A DNA stretch of 64,000 nucleotides from an uncultured Staphylococcaceae bacterium (GCA_964497235.1 CAZCCJ010000007.1:16503-80502); one strand, 5' to 3'; shown: positions 17,567 through 26,821, numbered from the stretch's first letter. Notes: a model not told the origin generated them from the sequence alone. Translations and numbers: made by a program.

Positions 17567-18639
17567 TTCCTCTTTCTTCCTTTCGCGTGTGCCTCACTAA
17601 GTGACGAGACGGCTAAGAAGGTTTTCGAAGAATTGTACTTCTTTTTCATCATCATCTCTCTTCTAGATGAAGTTCCTTTGCTAAGGCGGAGCGCTTTCGC
17701 GGAAGCGTTTTCGCCATGCATCCTCAGCTTATATCCTTCTTCTTTTGTCATAACGATGACGGATTCGGCGGAATAGAGCCCTTTATTGGAAATGAGCAAG
17801 ATGATGAGAAGCGAAACGATTATAAGCCCCCAGGCGATTTCGCTTAGGTAGTGATTGCCATCGCTAAGCTCGGAAACGATCGAGAGGATGATGAAAAGGA
17901 AAGCGAAAGCCGAGGCTATCGCTTCCTTCATCTTGATTTTCTTTGGCATCGCTAGGGGGAGCAAAAGCGTTAAGGCGGACAAACTCGAATTCAAGGATAT
18001 GCCGCCTCTTAGATAAGCGATATCCAAACCCGCCTTTTCTATATATTCGGGATCGCTCGATTTGAAATTCCACCAATCGAGGAAAAGGTCGCTAGCGCCT
18101 TCTTTTTCAAGCATGCCCTTATATGAGGGGCGGATGACGACGAGATTGGACAAGAAAGAGATGAGGAACGCCAAGACGAAAGACGTCAAAAGGACGTAGC
18201 CGGCGCTGGTTAAGCTCTTTTCTCCTAACTTCTCGTATAGCCACATGAATAGCATCGTAAGACCGACCATCAGGACGATTCCTATCGATACTGCAAGGTA
18301 AATGGATGATATTATCTTGCTTATCGACATAAACCCATATAAAGCGCCGGAGCCGATTGACATGACTATCAAAGGGATGGTGTTTAGCAAATCTTTGGCC
18401 TTCGAGGATTCGTCGGCGATTTCCGAAGTGATCATATAGCCGGATAGTGCGAAAAGAAGGTAGCCTGGCAAAACGGCGATGGCGGATACATAGGGGGCCG
18501 CCTTATCAAGCGAGCCATAGGCCGAAGAGGCTATTTCCAAATCTTTCGAACCTGCTACCAGTAAAAGGACGATGGCTGCCAAAAGGACGGCTAACGACGA
18601 TAGCAATGGCGTTTTCCTCAAAAGCTTGGCTTTGCTCAT
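17563..18639 (-). CDS. polytopic membrane protein, unknown function (weak PAP2-like traces)
   Basis: 358 aa with about 8 TM segments. VVIRPSYKG and SDGNHYLSE faintly recall PAP2 motifs. Basic C-terminal tail. Confidence 0.6.
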   Translation of the reverse strand: MSKAKLLRKTPLLSSLAVLLAAIVLLLVAGSKDLEIASSAYGSLDKAAPYVSAIAVLPGYLLFALSGYMITSEIADESSKAKDLLNTIPLIVMSIGSGALYGFMSISKIISSIYLAVSIGIVLMVGLTMLFMWLYEKLGEKSLTSAGYVLLTSFVLAFLISFLSNLVVIRPSYKGMLEKEGASDLFLDWWNFKSSDPEYIEKAGLDIAYLRGGISLNSSLSALTLLLPLAMPKKIKMKEAIASAFAFLFIILSIVSELSDGNHYLSEIAWGLIIVSLLIILLISNKGLYSAESVIVMTKEEGYKLRMHGENASAKALRLSKGTSSRREMMMKKKYNSSKTFLAVSSLSEAHAKGRKRK

Positions 18640-18650
18640 AAAACCACTAC

Positions 18651-18656
18651 ATTATA
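18651..18656 (-). promoter_or_regulatory. -10 box TATAAT, 11 nt from ATG 18639
   Basis: Reverse complement of attata. No SD in the spacer gtagtggtttt. Confidence 0.4.
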
Positions 18657-18698
18657 TTATTTCGCCGGCATAAAACACTTCTTTTCGCTATGCGAATG

Positions 18699-18728
18699 TT
18701 GTTATGCGTGGGCGCGCGGTGCTAGAAT
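18699..18728 (+). promoter_or_regulatory. promoter TTGTTA-18-TAGAAT, 7 nt from ATG 18736
   Basis: ttgtta at 18699-18704 and tagaat at 18723-18728, then spacer tcatcgt. Confidence 0.5.
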
Positions 18729-18735
18729 TCATCGT

Positions 18736-20124
18736 ATGAAAAAGATCAGCAAAAAAGCAAAAGAGGTCGAAAAGCACTTCTTCGACAACGATTCGGAGAT
18801 CCTAAAGAGCGATAAGTGCACGTGCTTAAGCTGCTTGAAAACCTACGATGCCAAAGAAGTTTCCGAATGGGTGAGCTATGGCGAGGCAACGGCGGCCGTA
18901 TGCCCTAAATGCGGATCTGAGTCGGTTATCGGTGACGCTTCTGACATTGATTTCGCCGATATGGACGAGAAACTCGCGATAAGCGAAGAATTATATGGGA
19001 AGGGCTTTGGGCCAGCGAAGATAGATAATGCCAAGAAATTCATCTATCACTACAAGAACAAGGAAATCGCACATAGCAAATACAACGAGATGCTTTATCT
19101 TGCCAACCTAAGGAACCTCGCGAGGATAAACGACGCCGACGCTTGCTACACGCTAGGTGAATTCTATGCCTACGATAGCCCTTATACGAAGCATTCCTAC
19201 GCCAAAGCGATCAAATTCCTCACTAGGCCTTGCTTATCCACGAACCCTTCGGCCCTCGATAAATTGGGCGAGATATACCAAGCGAAAAAACAATACGCCG
19301 AAGCCTTCGTTTGCTATTCAAAGGCCATGTCTCTTGGCTCGGCGATGGGGTTCATCCATTATAACGATTGCTTCAATGACGGGATGTTCGTCAAAAAGGA
19401 CACCTCGTTCGCTTTGAATTCATATTTAGGGGCTTTTAGCGACGCCATCGCCAAATTCGTAAGAAGCGAAGGGCGTTGCGTCAGCGTTTTGCCAGAGGCT
19501 TGCGTGAGGGTTTTCTCGACCGTCGCGATGGCCGCTCCATCCAAGCCCGTGAATGCCGATATGGTGAGGACGTTCCTATTGATCGCCTTATTCTCGCTTG
19601 ATTCGCTATCGGAAGTCGAACGTGATGAGCCGAATGTCAGGGAGCTATTGGACTTCTGCAAGAAAAGCTATAAGACCTTCTACGAAAAGGAGTGGGACGA
19701 TAACGACGTGGAGCCGTTATACGACACCATGACGTTCGTGGATTCGCTTATCAATGCGAATGCCTTGCCGTTTGTTTACCAAGGCTCTGCCAAAATCGTT
19801 TCCGCTGATTTAGACAAATCGACCGATACGATGACTTTGACGATCGACTATCCCCATTTGCCGCTCATAATCGACGTCGATAACGGCTATTGCGGCTTCG
19901 GCCCAAAGAGGATAACCTGGACATTCGAGAAAGTCGAAAGCCTTGAATTCAAAGAGGGGGCCAATTTCAATTACGTCAATATGGGCCCTGATTTTAGCGG
20001 AGCCAGTTTCATCTATGACGATGGCAAGGGCGAGGAAAAGACGGTTTTGACCTATAAAGAATTCGAACTGAGCTCCGAAGAGATGGAAGATTTCGAAAAG
20101 ATAAAGAAAGCTGGTATGGCATGA
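18736..20124 (+). CDS. zinc-ribbon plus Sel1/TPR-like repeat protein, unknown function
   Basis: CTCLSC...CPKCGSESVIGD near the N-terminus. Sel1-like repeats (ACYTLGEFYAYD..AKAIKFL, LDKLGEIYQAKKQYAEAFVCYSKA). Beta-rich C-terminal domain. Confidence 0.65.
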   Translation: MKKISKKAKEVEKHFFDNDSEILKSDKCTCLSCLKTYDAKEVSEWVSYGEATAAVCPKCGSESVIGDASDIDFADMDEKLAISEELYGKGFGPAKIDNAKKFIYHYKNKEIAHSKYNEMLYLANLRNLARINDADACYTLGEFYAYDSPYTKHSYAKAIKFLTRPCLSTNPSALDKLGEIYQAKKQYAEAFVCYSKAMSLGSAMGFIHYNDCFNDGMFVKKDTSFALNSYLGAFSDAIAKFVRSEGRCVSVLPEACVRVFSTVAMAAPSKPVNADMVRTFLLIALFSLDSLSEVERDEPNVRELLDFCKKSYKTFYEKEWDDNDVEPLYDTMTFVDSLINANALPFVYQGSAKIVSADLDKSTDTMTLTIDYPHLPLIIDVDNGYCGFGPKRITWTFEKVESLEFKEGANFNYVNMGPDFSGASFIYDDGKGEEKTVLTYKEFELSSEEMEDFEKIKKAGMA

Positions 20125-21854
20125 AAAAGGAAAATGCGCTGACGCCTCTAAAAAAATACCGAGTCAAAGTGATTTTGGCGCCGTGTTTAAAGCTTTTTGA
20201 ATGCGTGACGGAGCTCGCTTCGCCGTTTTTGGTGCGTTACATAATCGATTCCGGCATCAAAAATAACGATTGGGACACGACTTGGAAGCTCGGGCTTCTT
20301 CTTTTCTCTTTCGCCGTCATGGGCTTTTTGATCACGATGGTCGCCCAATATCTCGCGGCCAGCGTCGCTTCCGCATATTCATACGATTTGAGGAGGTCGT
20401 TATTCGATAAAGCGGCTTCTTTGTCGGAGAAACAGCTTGACTCCTTTGGCAGAGAGAAGGTCTTGACGCTTATCGGAAGCGATTCCTACGCCATGCAAAG
20501 CGGGGTCATGATGTTCATGCGCCTTATCTTCCGCCCGCCTTTCTTGCTTCTTGGCTCGACCATCATCAGCTTCATCATCGATTGGCGCGCCGGCCTTATC
20601 TTCCTTGGCGTCGTCCTTCTTAGTGCCGTTGTGATCGGTTTGGTGATGTTATTGTCGCCAAAAAGATACGCATCGATACAAAACGATCTCGATAAGGTTT
20701 CGACAATCGGCAACGATTCGCTAAAAGGCGCCCGTCCAATCAGGGCCTTCAACAAGCAGGAATTCGAAGAAAGAAAGTTCGAAAAGGTCAATGAATCGTA
20801 TAAGAAAAACACGATTTCCCTTGCAAAACTCAATTCTTTCTTGAATCCTTTGACCTTTTTCCTCGTCAATGCCGGATTAATCGCCATCGTTTGGATAGGG
20901 GGACTTGATCTAGGCAATGATAGCCTTACGACTGGCAAAATCGTCTCTTTGATATCCTATCTCGTTTCTTCTTTGGCCGCTTTGACGATGTTCTCCAGGC
21001 TCATCCTTTCCTTAAACAAGGCGAGCGCCTCAAAAAAGAGGATCGATTCCTTCCTTTCGTTAGAGCCGTCTTTGCGAAACGAGGCCCAATATTCGAAGGA
21101 AGACGAAAAAGGAGAAGATAAAATCATCTCTTTCAAAAGCGTCTCATTCACTTACGGGCATAAGGGGGAGAAGAACGCCATAAGCGGAATTTCATTCGAC
21201 TTGAAGAAAGGCGAGTCGCTTGGTCTAATCGGCGGGACGGGAAGTGGCAAATCCACGGTCATCGGCCTATTGACGAGGCTATACGATCCTAGCGGTGGCG
21301 AGATATCTTACCGCGGCTTGCCGTTAAAAGAATACGATTTGGATGCCCTCCATAAGGAAATATCATTCGTCTCGCAACGCCCATCGTTATTCAAAGGCAC
21401 CATCAGATCGAACCTCTTGCTTGGGAAAGAGGATGCGAGCGAAGAGGAGATCGTCAAAGCGCTACAAGACGCTTGCGCATATGAATTCGTTCGCTCCTTC
21501 CCCGAATATTTGGAGCATCCGGTGAACGAAGGCGGATCGAATCTAAGCGGTGGGCAAAAACAAAGACTACTCATAGCCAGAGCCTTCTTAAAGGGCGGGG
21601 ACATATTGATTTTGGATGATTCCATGAGCGCGCTCGACTATTTAAGCGAGCAAAAGATAAGGAAAATCCTAAAAGAGAAGAAAGAACTCACGAAGATCAT
21701 CGTCTCGCAGCGCGTTTCCTCGCTTAAGGATTGCGATGACATCTTGGTTTTCGATAATGGCAAAGTGGTGGCGGAAGGGAATGATGAGACGTTACGCGAA
21801 ACCTCCTCTCTTTACGCCGATTTCGCCTCTTCTTCGTTGGAGGAAGGAAAATGA
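20121..21854 (+). CDS. ABC transporter, fused permease/ATP-binding subunit (type I exporter half)
   Basis: 6-TM domain. Walker A GGTGSGKST, signature LSGGQKQR, Walker B ILILDDS. Confidence 0.92.
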   Translation: MKKENALTPLKKYRVKVILAPCLKLFECVTELASPFLVRYIIDSGIKNNDWDTTWKLGLLLFSFAVMGFLITMVAQYLAASVASAYSYDLRRSLFDKAASLSEKQLDSFGREKVLTLIGSDSYAMQSGVMMFMRLIFRPPFLLLGSTIISFIIDWRAGLIFLGVVLLSAVVIGLVMLLSPKRYASIQNDLDKVSTIGNDSLKGARPIRAFNKQEFEERKFEKVNESYKKNTISLAKLNSFLNPLTFFLVNAGLIAIVWIGGLDLGNDSLTTGKIVSLISYLVSSLAALTMFSRLILSLNKASASKKRIDSFLSLEPSLRNEAQYSKEDEKGEDKIISFKSVSFTYGHKGEKNAISGISFDLKKGESLGLIGGTGSGKSTVIGLLTRLYDPSGGEISYRGLPLKEYDLDALHKEISFVSQRPSLFKGTIRSNLLLGKEDASEEEIVKALQDACAYEFVRSFPEYLEHPVNEGGSNLSGGQKQRLLIARAFLKGGDILILDDSMSALDYLSEQKIRKILKEKKELTKIIVSQRVSSLKDCDDILVFDNGKVVAEGNDETLRETSSLYADFASSSLEEGK

Positions 21855-23581
21855 TCAAGCGTTTGAAGAAAATATTTCCATATCTGAAGGGCTCATATCC
21901 GAAAATCTTCCTTTCTTTATTCTTCGCCCTTCTTTCGACGGGCTCGAAGCTCGCCATCCCCTTTTTGGCTGGCAAAGTCGTCAATTTCATCGCCTCATCG
22001 GATTATTCCAATATGCATTTATATGTGCTTTTGATGACCGTTTTCCTGGTCGTCGGAGCTTTTTTCCGTTATCTATTCGACTTCTCGACTTCCTTAATCG
22101 GCGCTGATCTCATATATCGCCTGAGGAAAGAGGTCTTTCATTCCTATAACGACGTTTCGATCGCCTCAATCGATAAAAGTGCGAAAGGCGACCGCTTACT
22201 CACCCTCACCAGCGACATCGAGAAGATCCAAAACGGCTTGGTGAGCGGTTTTGCCGCTTTCTATGACGGCGTCATCGCCATCGCCATAACGCTTGTCTTC
22301 ATGGCCATGATCAACTACATCCTCGCCATATTGGTCGTCGTTTTGACGCCTCTTTCGATGCTTATCTCTCGTTTCATCTCCCGCTTCAACAGCAAATATT
22401 TCAAATCTCAGGCGAAAGCGACCGCCGAACTCAACGCTTTCTCCCTCGAAGAGCTCACCAATAGCGAGGCGATTACCTCCCTTGGCTTAACGAAAAGGAG
22501 ATCGGATGAGTTCGAAAAGCTCAACGAAAGCCTTAAAGAGGATACCTTCAAGGCAAATCTCGGCGCCTCTTTGATCAACCCTTCGACGAGGTTAGTCAAT
22601 GCGCTCATCAATTCCTCTTTGATACTTTTGGGCGCCCTTTTCATCATCAAGGACTTCGGCTCGCATTTGGGGATCGTCTTCTTAGTCGGCGATTTGAGCG
22701 CTTTTTTGACTTATGCGTCGAACTACATGCAGCCGTTTAATGAAATATCCGACGTCATCAGCGAAATCGACTACGCTTTCTCTTCCCTTGACCGCGTGGA
22801 CGAAGCGCTTCACGAAGCGAAAGACGTTGACAATGGAACGCTTGACGTCACTGGATCTTTGAACGATTTGTCGGCCGAGAACGTCACCTTCTCCTACGAT
22901 ATGAAACGCGACGTCATCAAGGATTTCACTTTCAAATTCAAAGATGGCGACCGCATCGCGCTAGTTGGGCCGACGGGATGCGGGAAAAGCACGCTCATCA
23001 ATCTTTTGCTACGTTTCTACGATCCGCAAAAAGGGACCTTCAAAGCCGGTGAAGACTCCTTCCTCGATATAAAGAAAGATGGTTTGCGAAAACATATCGG
23101 CATGGTTCTCCAAGACACTTGGATCTTCAAAGGAACCGTTTTCGAAAACATCGCCTACGCGAAAGAGGGGGCGACTTTAGAGGAAGTCAAAATCGCCGCC
23201 CATAAAGCGCAGTGCGACAAGCTCATCGAACGTTTGCCGCAAGGCTACGACACCATGATTTCCGATAGCTCCGGTCTATCGATCGGCGAAAAGCAGCTTA
23301 TCTGCGTCGCCCGCGTGATGCTATTATCTCCCGAGATCGTCATTCTTGATGAAGCCACCTCGAATATCGACCTTAGGACGGAACGAATGTTAAACGAATC
23401 CTTCAAGGAATTGATGAAAGGGAGAACGTCGCTAGTTGTCGCCCATCGTCTAAGCACCATCGTCTCAAGCGACGTGATCCTCGTGATGAAAGACGGCGAG
23501 ATCATCGAAAGCGGATCGCATTCCGCTCTCCTTGCCAAAGGCGGCTTCTATAGCAAGCTTTATGGGGCGCAGTTCTTATGA
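21851..23581 (+). CDS. ABC transporter, fused permease/ATP-binding subunit (partner half)
   Basis: Walker A GPTGCGKST, signature LSIGEKQL, Walker B IVILDEATS. ATGA overlap with the upstream half. Confidence 0.92.
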   Translation: MIKRLKKIFPYLKGSYPKIFLSLFFALLSTGSKLAIPFLAGKVVNFIASSDYSNMHLYVLLMTVFLVVGAFFRYLFDFSTSLIGADLIYRLRKEVFHSYNDVSIASIDKSAKGDRLLTLTSDIEKIQNGLVSGFAAFYDGVIAIAITLVFMAMINYILAILVVVLTPLSMLISRFISRFNSKYFKSQAKATAELNAFSLEELTNSEAITSLGLTKRRSDEFEKLNESLKEDTFKANLGASLINPSTRLVNALINSSLILLGALFIIKDFGSHLGIVFLVGDLSAFLTYASNYMQPFNEISDVISEIDYAFSSLDRVDEALHEAKDVDNGTLDVTGSLNDLSAENVTFSYDMKRDVIKDFTFKFKDGDRIALVGPTGCGKSTLINLLLRFYDPQKGTFKAGEDSFLDIKKDGLRKHIGMVLQDTWIFKGTVFENIAYAKEGATLEEVKIAAHKAQCDKLIERLPQGYDTMISDSSGLSIGEKQLICVARVMLLSPEIVILDEATSNIDLRTERMLNESFKELMKGRTSLVVAHRLSTIVSSDVILVMKDGEIIESGSHSALLAKGGFYSKLYGAQFL

Positions 23582-24327
23582 GAAAACGCCTGGCTCTTTT
23601 CCTTTTCGCTTCCTCCCTTGGCGCCTGTTCTTTCGTCTATCCGAAAGCGATCACCTTTAACGAGGCGAAAAACATCCTCTCTTCCTCGATATCTTCTTTT
23701 AATGAGAAAAAAGGGGAAGCGAAGACGTTTGGAATCGGGTTAAAGAAGAAGGAAAGGAAGACCACGAAGGAAGAAACGAAAGAGGAAATCGAAGAGACTT
23801 TCTTCGTCCGTTACCATCTCCTAGGCGAGTCGTCTTTCTCATTCGATTATTTCGATGATATGACATCTAGTGAAACCACTTTCGTGACGGTTACGAAAGA
23901 TGGTGGATCGATAGAGGTCAATGACGTCTATACGGATGAAAAACGTCAATATGATGCGGAAAACGATAAGGATTTGCAGCCTTTTTTCGATTTCTCGTCC
24001 AATTATTATCCGAAACTCGCCGAATCGTTCTTGAAAACGGCGTCTACCCTCATGAGTGCGATAGGGGATGAGGAGAAGACGAATGAACTCACCCTTTATA
24101 CCGCCCTTTCCAGCGCTTCGGATCAGCTTAGCCTATATTTCCAAGGCAAGGACATAGGACTACCGGATCTACTCTTCTTCGAGATAAGCGAAGGCGCGAA
24201 ATGCGATTCGCTCGATGTCACGATAGAAAACGGCCTTCTAAGCAAAGTGGCCGTGGAATATGCCTATAGCGAAAGCGAAGACACTTCAGTCAAAGGGACA
24301 TTCACTTTGGATTTTGAGATGAAATGA
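23578..24327 (+). CDS. lipoprotein, unknown function
   Basis: Signal peptide with lipobox SLGAC. ATGA overlaps with both neighbours. Confidence 0.7.
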   Translation: MRKRLALFLFASSLGACSFVYPKAITFNEAKNILSSSISSFNEKKGEAKTFGIGLKKKERKTTKEETKEEIEETFFVRYHLLGESSFSFDYFDDMTSSETTFVTVTKDGGSIEVNDVYTDEKRQYDAENDKDLQPFFDFSSNYYPKLAESFLKTASTLMSAIGDEEKTNELTLYTALSSASDQLSLYFQGKDIGLPDLLFFEISEGAKCDSLDVTIENGLLSKVAVEYAYSESEDTSVKGTFTLDFEMK

Positions 24328-24746
24328 AACGGGATGAGGCCATTGTTTCCTATACGATGTCTAGAATCAAAGGCAAAGACACCGGCATCGAACTATCGTT
24401 AAGGAAAGAGCTATATGCGCTCGGCTTTAGGTATAGGGCCAATAGCAACAAGGTATTCGGACATCCCGATATCTCTAGCAAGAAATACAAAATCGCCGTT
24501 TTCTGCGACTCGGAGTTTTGGCACGGCTATCGCTTCGAGGAAAATGAGGCGAAGATAAAAAGCAACCGCGATTATTGGATACCGAAGATCAAAAGGAACA
24601 TAGCGCGTGACGAAGAGGTTAATGAACGTTTAAGGAAAGAAGGCTATGCCGTCATCCGTTTCTGGGGCAAGGAAATCGAAAAAGACCCGAAAGGGTGCGC
24701 GAAGAAGGTTATGGACGTTCTTTTGGAACGCGGCTTCAAGAAGTAG
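24324..24746 (+). CDS. vsr: very short patch repair endonuclease
   Basis: Colinear with E. coli Vsr: SRIKGKDTGIELSLRKEL..GFRYR..GHPDIS..IAVFCDSEFWHG..YWIPKIKRNIARD..GYAVIRFW. Confidence 0.85.
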   Translation: MKRDEAIVSYTMSRIKGKDTGIELSLRKELYALGFRYRANSNKVFGHPDISSKKYKIAVFCDSEFWHGYRFEENEAKIKSNRDYWIPKIKRNIARDEEVNERLRKEGYAVIRFWGKEIEKDPKGCAKKVMDVLLERGFKK

Positions 24747-24762
24747 TTTCGCTAAAACCAAT

Positions 24763-24789
24763 AAAAAAAGACGCCCGTTTCCGGACGTC
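24763..24789 (-). terminator. rho-independent terminator for the minus-strand gene ending at 24807
   Basis: On the minus strand, gacgtccg-gaaa-cgggcgtc (one mismatch) is followed by ttttttt. Confidence 0.6.
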
Positions 24790-24806
24790 CGATAGTTACT
24801 ATAAGA

Positions 24807-25289
24807 TTAGTCGACGGTGACTTTTTTCTTGCCCATCGCGATGATTAAGAAGGATAAGAAAGCGGCCACGAAAGAGAAAACGGAAACGCAAATCGGGCCA
24901 GCGCCTAAGCCGGTTTCGCCAGTGCTAGCCAAATCGACGCCGTTGGCGGACGAGAAGAAGTTCCAGGTGAGCAAATATAAGACGCCGGTTGCGATGGCGA
25001 GGACTATTTCGATCAAAGCGATGAGTTTGTGATGCTTATCGCCAAGGACGAAGCCGACGATCGACATGATCGTAAGCAATGACAACGTCGACATGGCGAT
25101 GACTAGTGGGGTGACGATGTTATATCCTTCGCATAGCCCATAAGCGTAAATCGAATTGAAGAGGTTGCCATGGACGCTGCTATGGTAATCGGTGCTGAAG
25201 GTCGGGGCGAAGTTGCAGAAGAACGCCACTAAAGCGGCGATGGCCACCAATGCGTTTAGGATGCGCGGCAATGAACGTGTTTTCTTCAT
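24807..25289 (-). CDS. small 4-TM membrane protein, unknown function
   Basis: The hydrophobic ORF is taken from MKKTRSLPRIL. The 45-aa K/R-rich extension to 25424 is judged non-coding. Confidence 0.55.
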   Translation of the reverse strand: MKKTRSLPRILNALVAIAALVAFFCNFAPTFSTDYHSSVHGNLFNSIYAYGLCEGYNIVTPLVIAMSTLSLLTIMSIVGFVLGDKHHKLIALIEIVLAIATGVLYLLTWNFFSSANGVDLASTGETGLGAGPICVSVFSFVAAFLSFLIIAMGKKKVTVD

Positions 25290-25365
25290 AAATGTCTCTC
25301 TTTTCAAAAATATCCTTATCGAAAGGAAAATTAACGACGCTATTTTAACCTTAACGCCACCTTTT

Positions 25366-25388
25366 GCAAACTCTATAGTTTGCTTTTT
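25366..25388 (+). terminator. terminator-like hairpin inside a divergent intergenic region
   Basis: gcaaact-ctat-agtttgc followed by ttttt. No plus-strand gene lies upstream of it. Confidence 0.35.
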
Positions 25389-25439
25389 CTTTCTCTTTTG
25401 CCGATTATGGGGCATAATTCGCATTGATAGAAGGAAAAA

Positions 25440-26231
25440 ATGGAAATTTACATCAATTTCGTGGCCCTTAGTGCCCTCTTCTTCCTCGGCGGTTTGTCCG
25501 GTTGGGTGATAGAACTATTCTTCCGCAGGATTTTCACTCAGAAAAGGTGGGTGAATCCTGGCTTTTTGTCGGGACCGATGCTCCCTTTATACGGCTTTGG
25601 CCTCACCGGTTTCTATGTCTTTGCCAATTTCATTCCTTTTTACACGCTGGGATGGGAGAGGTGGCAAATCGAATTGCTGATCGTCTTGGTGGCCGGCGTG
25701 GCGATGACTTTGATCGAGTACATCGCCGGGCTCATCTTCATAAAGGGACTAAAGACCGCCTTATGGGATTATTCGGATAGACTAGGCAATATCCAAGGGA
25801 TAATCTGCCCATTGTTCAGCTTCTTTTGGCTCCTTATCGGCGCCGTCTATGTCTTCTTGGCTAACCCTCTCTTCGTCACGATCTATGACTTCGCTTGCGA
25901 TAATGCGATGGTCTTCGGATTCGTCGACGGCTTGCTATATGGCGTCCTCTTCGTCGATTTCGGCTGGTCGATAGGGTTACTCGCGCGGATCAGGAAGGCG
26001 GTCAAAGACTCAAAACTCATCGTCTATTGGGAGAACATCAAAGTCTCCTTCCAAGACCACTATAAGAAGATGGAGGGGAAACACCATTGGATTTTCGCCT
26101 TCCGGACGAAGCGCGAAGAATGGAATGCGCTTATGAATGAGTACATATTGGCGCTAAAAAACAAAAACGCTTTGCGGATCGAGGAAAAGAAGAATAAAGC
26201 GAAGCTAAAGAAAGAGAAAAAGAAGGATTAG
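25440..26231 (+). CDS. membrane protein of the putative ABC-transporter type IV (DUF1113/CmpB-like) family
   Basis: GWVIELFFRR, ALWDYSD, several TM segments and a Lys-rich tail. SD gaagga 5 nt upstream of the ATG. Confidence 0.65.
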   Translation: MEIYINFVALSALFFLGGLSGWVIELFFRRIFTQKRWVNPGFLSGPMLPLYGFGLTGFYVFANFIPFYTLGWERWQIELLIVLVAGVAMTLIEYIAGLIFIKGLKTALWDYSDRLGNIQGIICPLFSFFWLLIGAVYVFLANPLFVTIYDFACDNAMVFGFVDGLLYGVLFVDFGWSIGLLARIRKAVKDSKLIVYWENIKVSFQDHYKKMEGKHHWIFAFRTKREEWNALMNEYILALKNKNALRIEEKKNKAKLKKEKKKD

Positions 26232-26821
26232 GAGTCCTTTTTGAGGAATTCGAGGAGTTTCACGATGGCTTTTCCGCGGTGCGAATATTTGCTTTTCGTT
26301 TCCTCATCGCATTCCCCGAAATTGATGTTTCCCTCGAGGGAATGGAATATCGGGTCGTATCCAAAGCCCTTTTCACCTGTCACTTTGACGAGGATGCTCC
26401 CAGGGCATTCGCCCTCGAAATAATAGGTTCTCTTGCTGACGATGAGGGCCAGCACGCAATAGAAAGCGGCGCTTCGGTCGCCCGCTCCGCGCATAAGGGA
26501 AAGGACTTTCTTATCCGCTTCGATGGGGTCATCGCTAAGGCTTTCGAGGAAACGTGCGCTCTTAATGCCCGGGAAGTTCGGGCCTAAGGCCTTTATCTCG
26601 ATCCCCGAATCGTCTGCCAAGACGGGATAAGGGGAGAAAGGCTTGACGGCGTTCGCCTTGATGAACGCGTTTTCGTGGTATGTTTCGCCGTCTTCCTTGA
26701 CTTCGAGGTTCTCGACGAATTCCTTTTCGCTATGGACCTTGATTCCTAAAGGCGACAAATAATCGCTAAATTCCTTGAGTTTATGCGGATTGTGGGTGGC
26801 TAGGACTATGTCTTTAATCAT
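26228..26821 (-). CDS. rdgB: dITP/XTP pyrophosphatase (RdgB/HAM1)
   Basis: IVLATHNPHKLKEF, DDSGIEI, FGYDPIF and SHRGKA. The start at MIKDIV overlaps the MFS stop. Confidence 0.9.
   Translation of the reverse strand: MIKDIVLATHNPHKLKEFSDYLSPLGIKVHSEKEFVENLEVKEDGETYHENAFIKANAVKPFSPYPVLADDSGIEIKALGPNFPGIKSARFLESLSDDPIEADKKVLSLMRGAGDRSAAFYCVLALIVSKRTYYFEGECPGSILVKVTGEKGFGYDPIFHSLEGNINFGECDEETKSKYSHRGKAIVKLLEFLKKDS

Noticed and set aside
25290-25424. Long version of the 24807 membrane-protein ORF (start at 25424)
   Set aside because: The 45 extra residues are K/R-rich and contain the reverse complement of a strong hairpin. The hydrophobic protein starts naturally at MKKTRSLPRIL. The question is kept open in the finding on 25290-25439.
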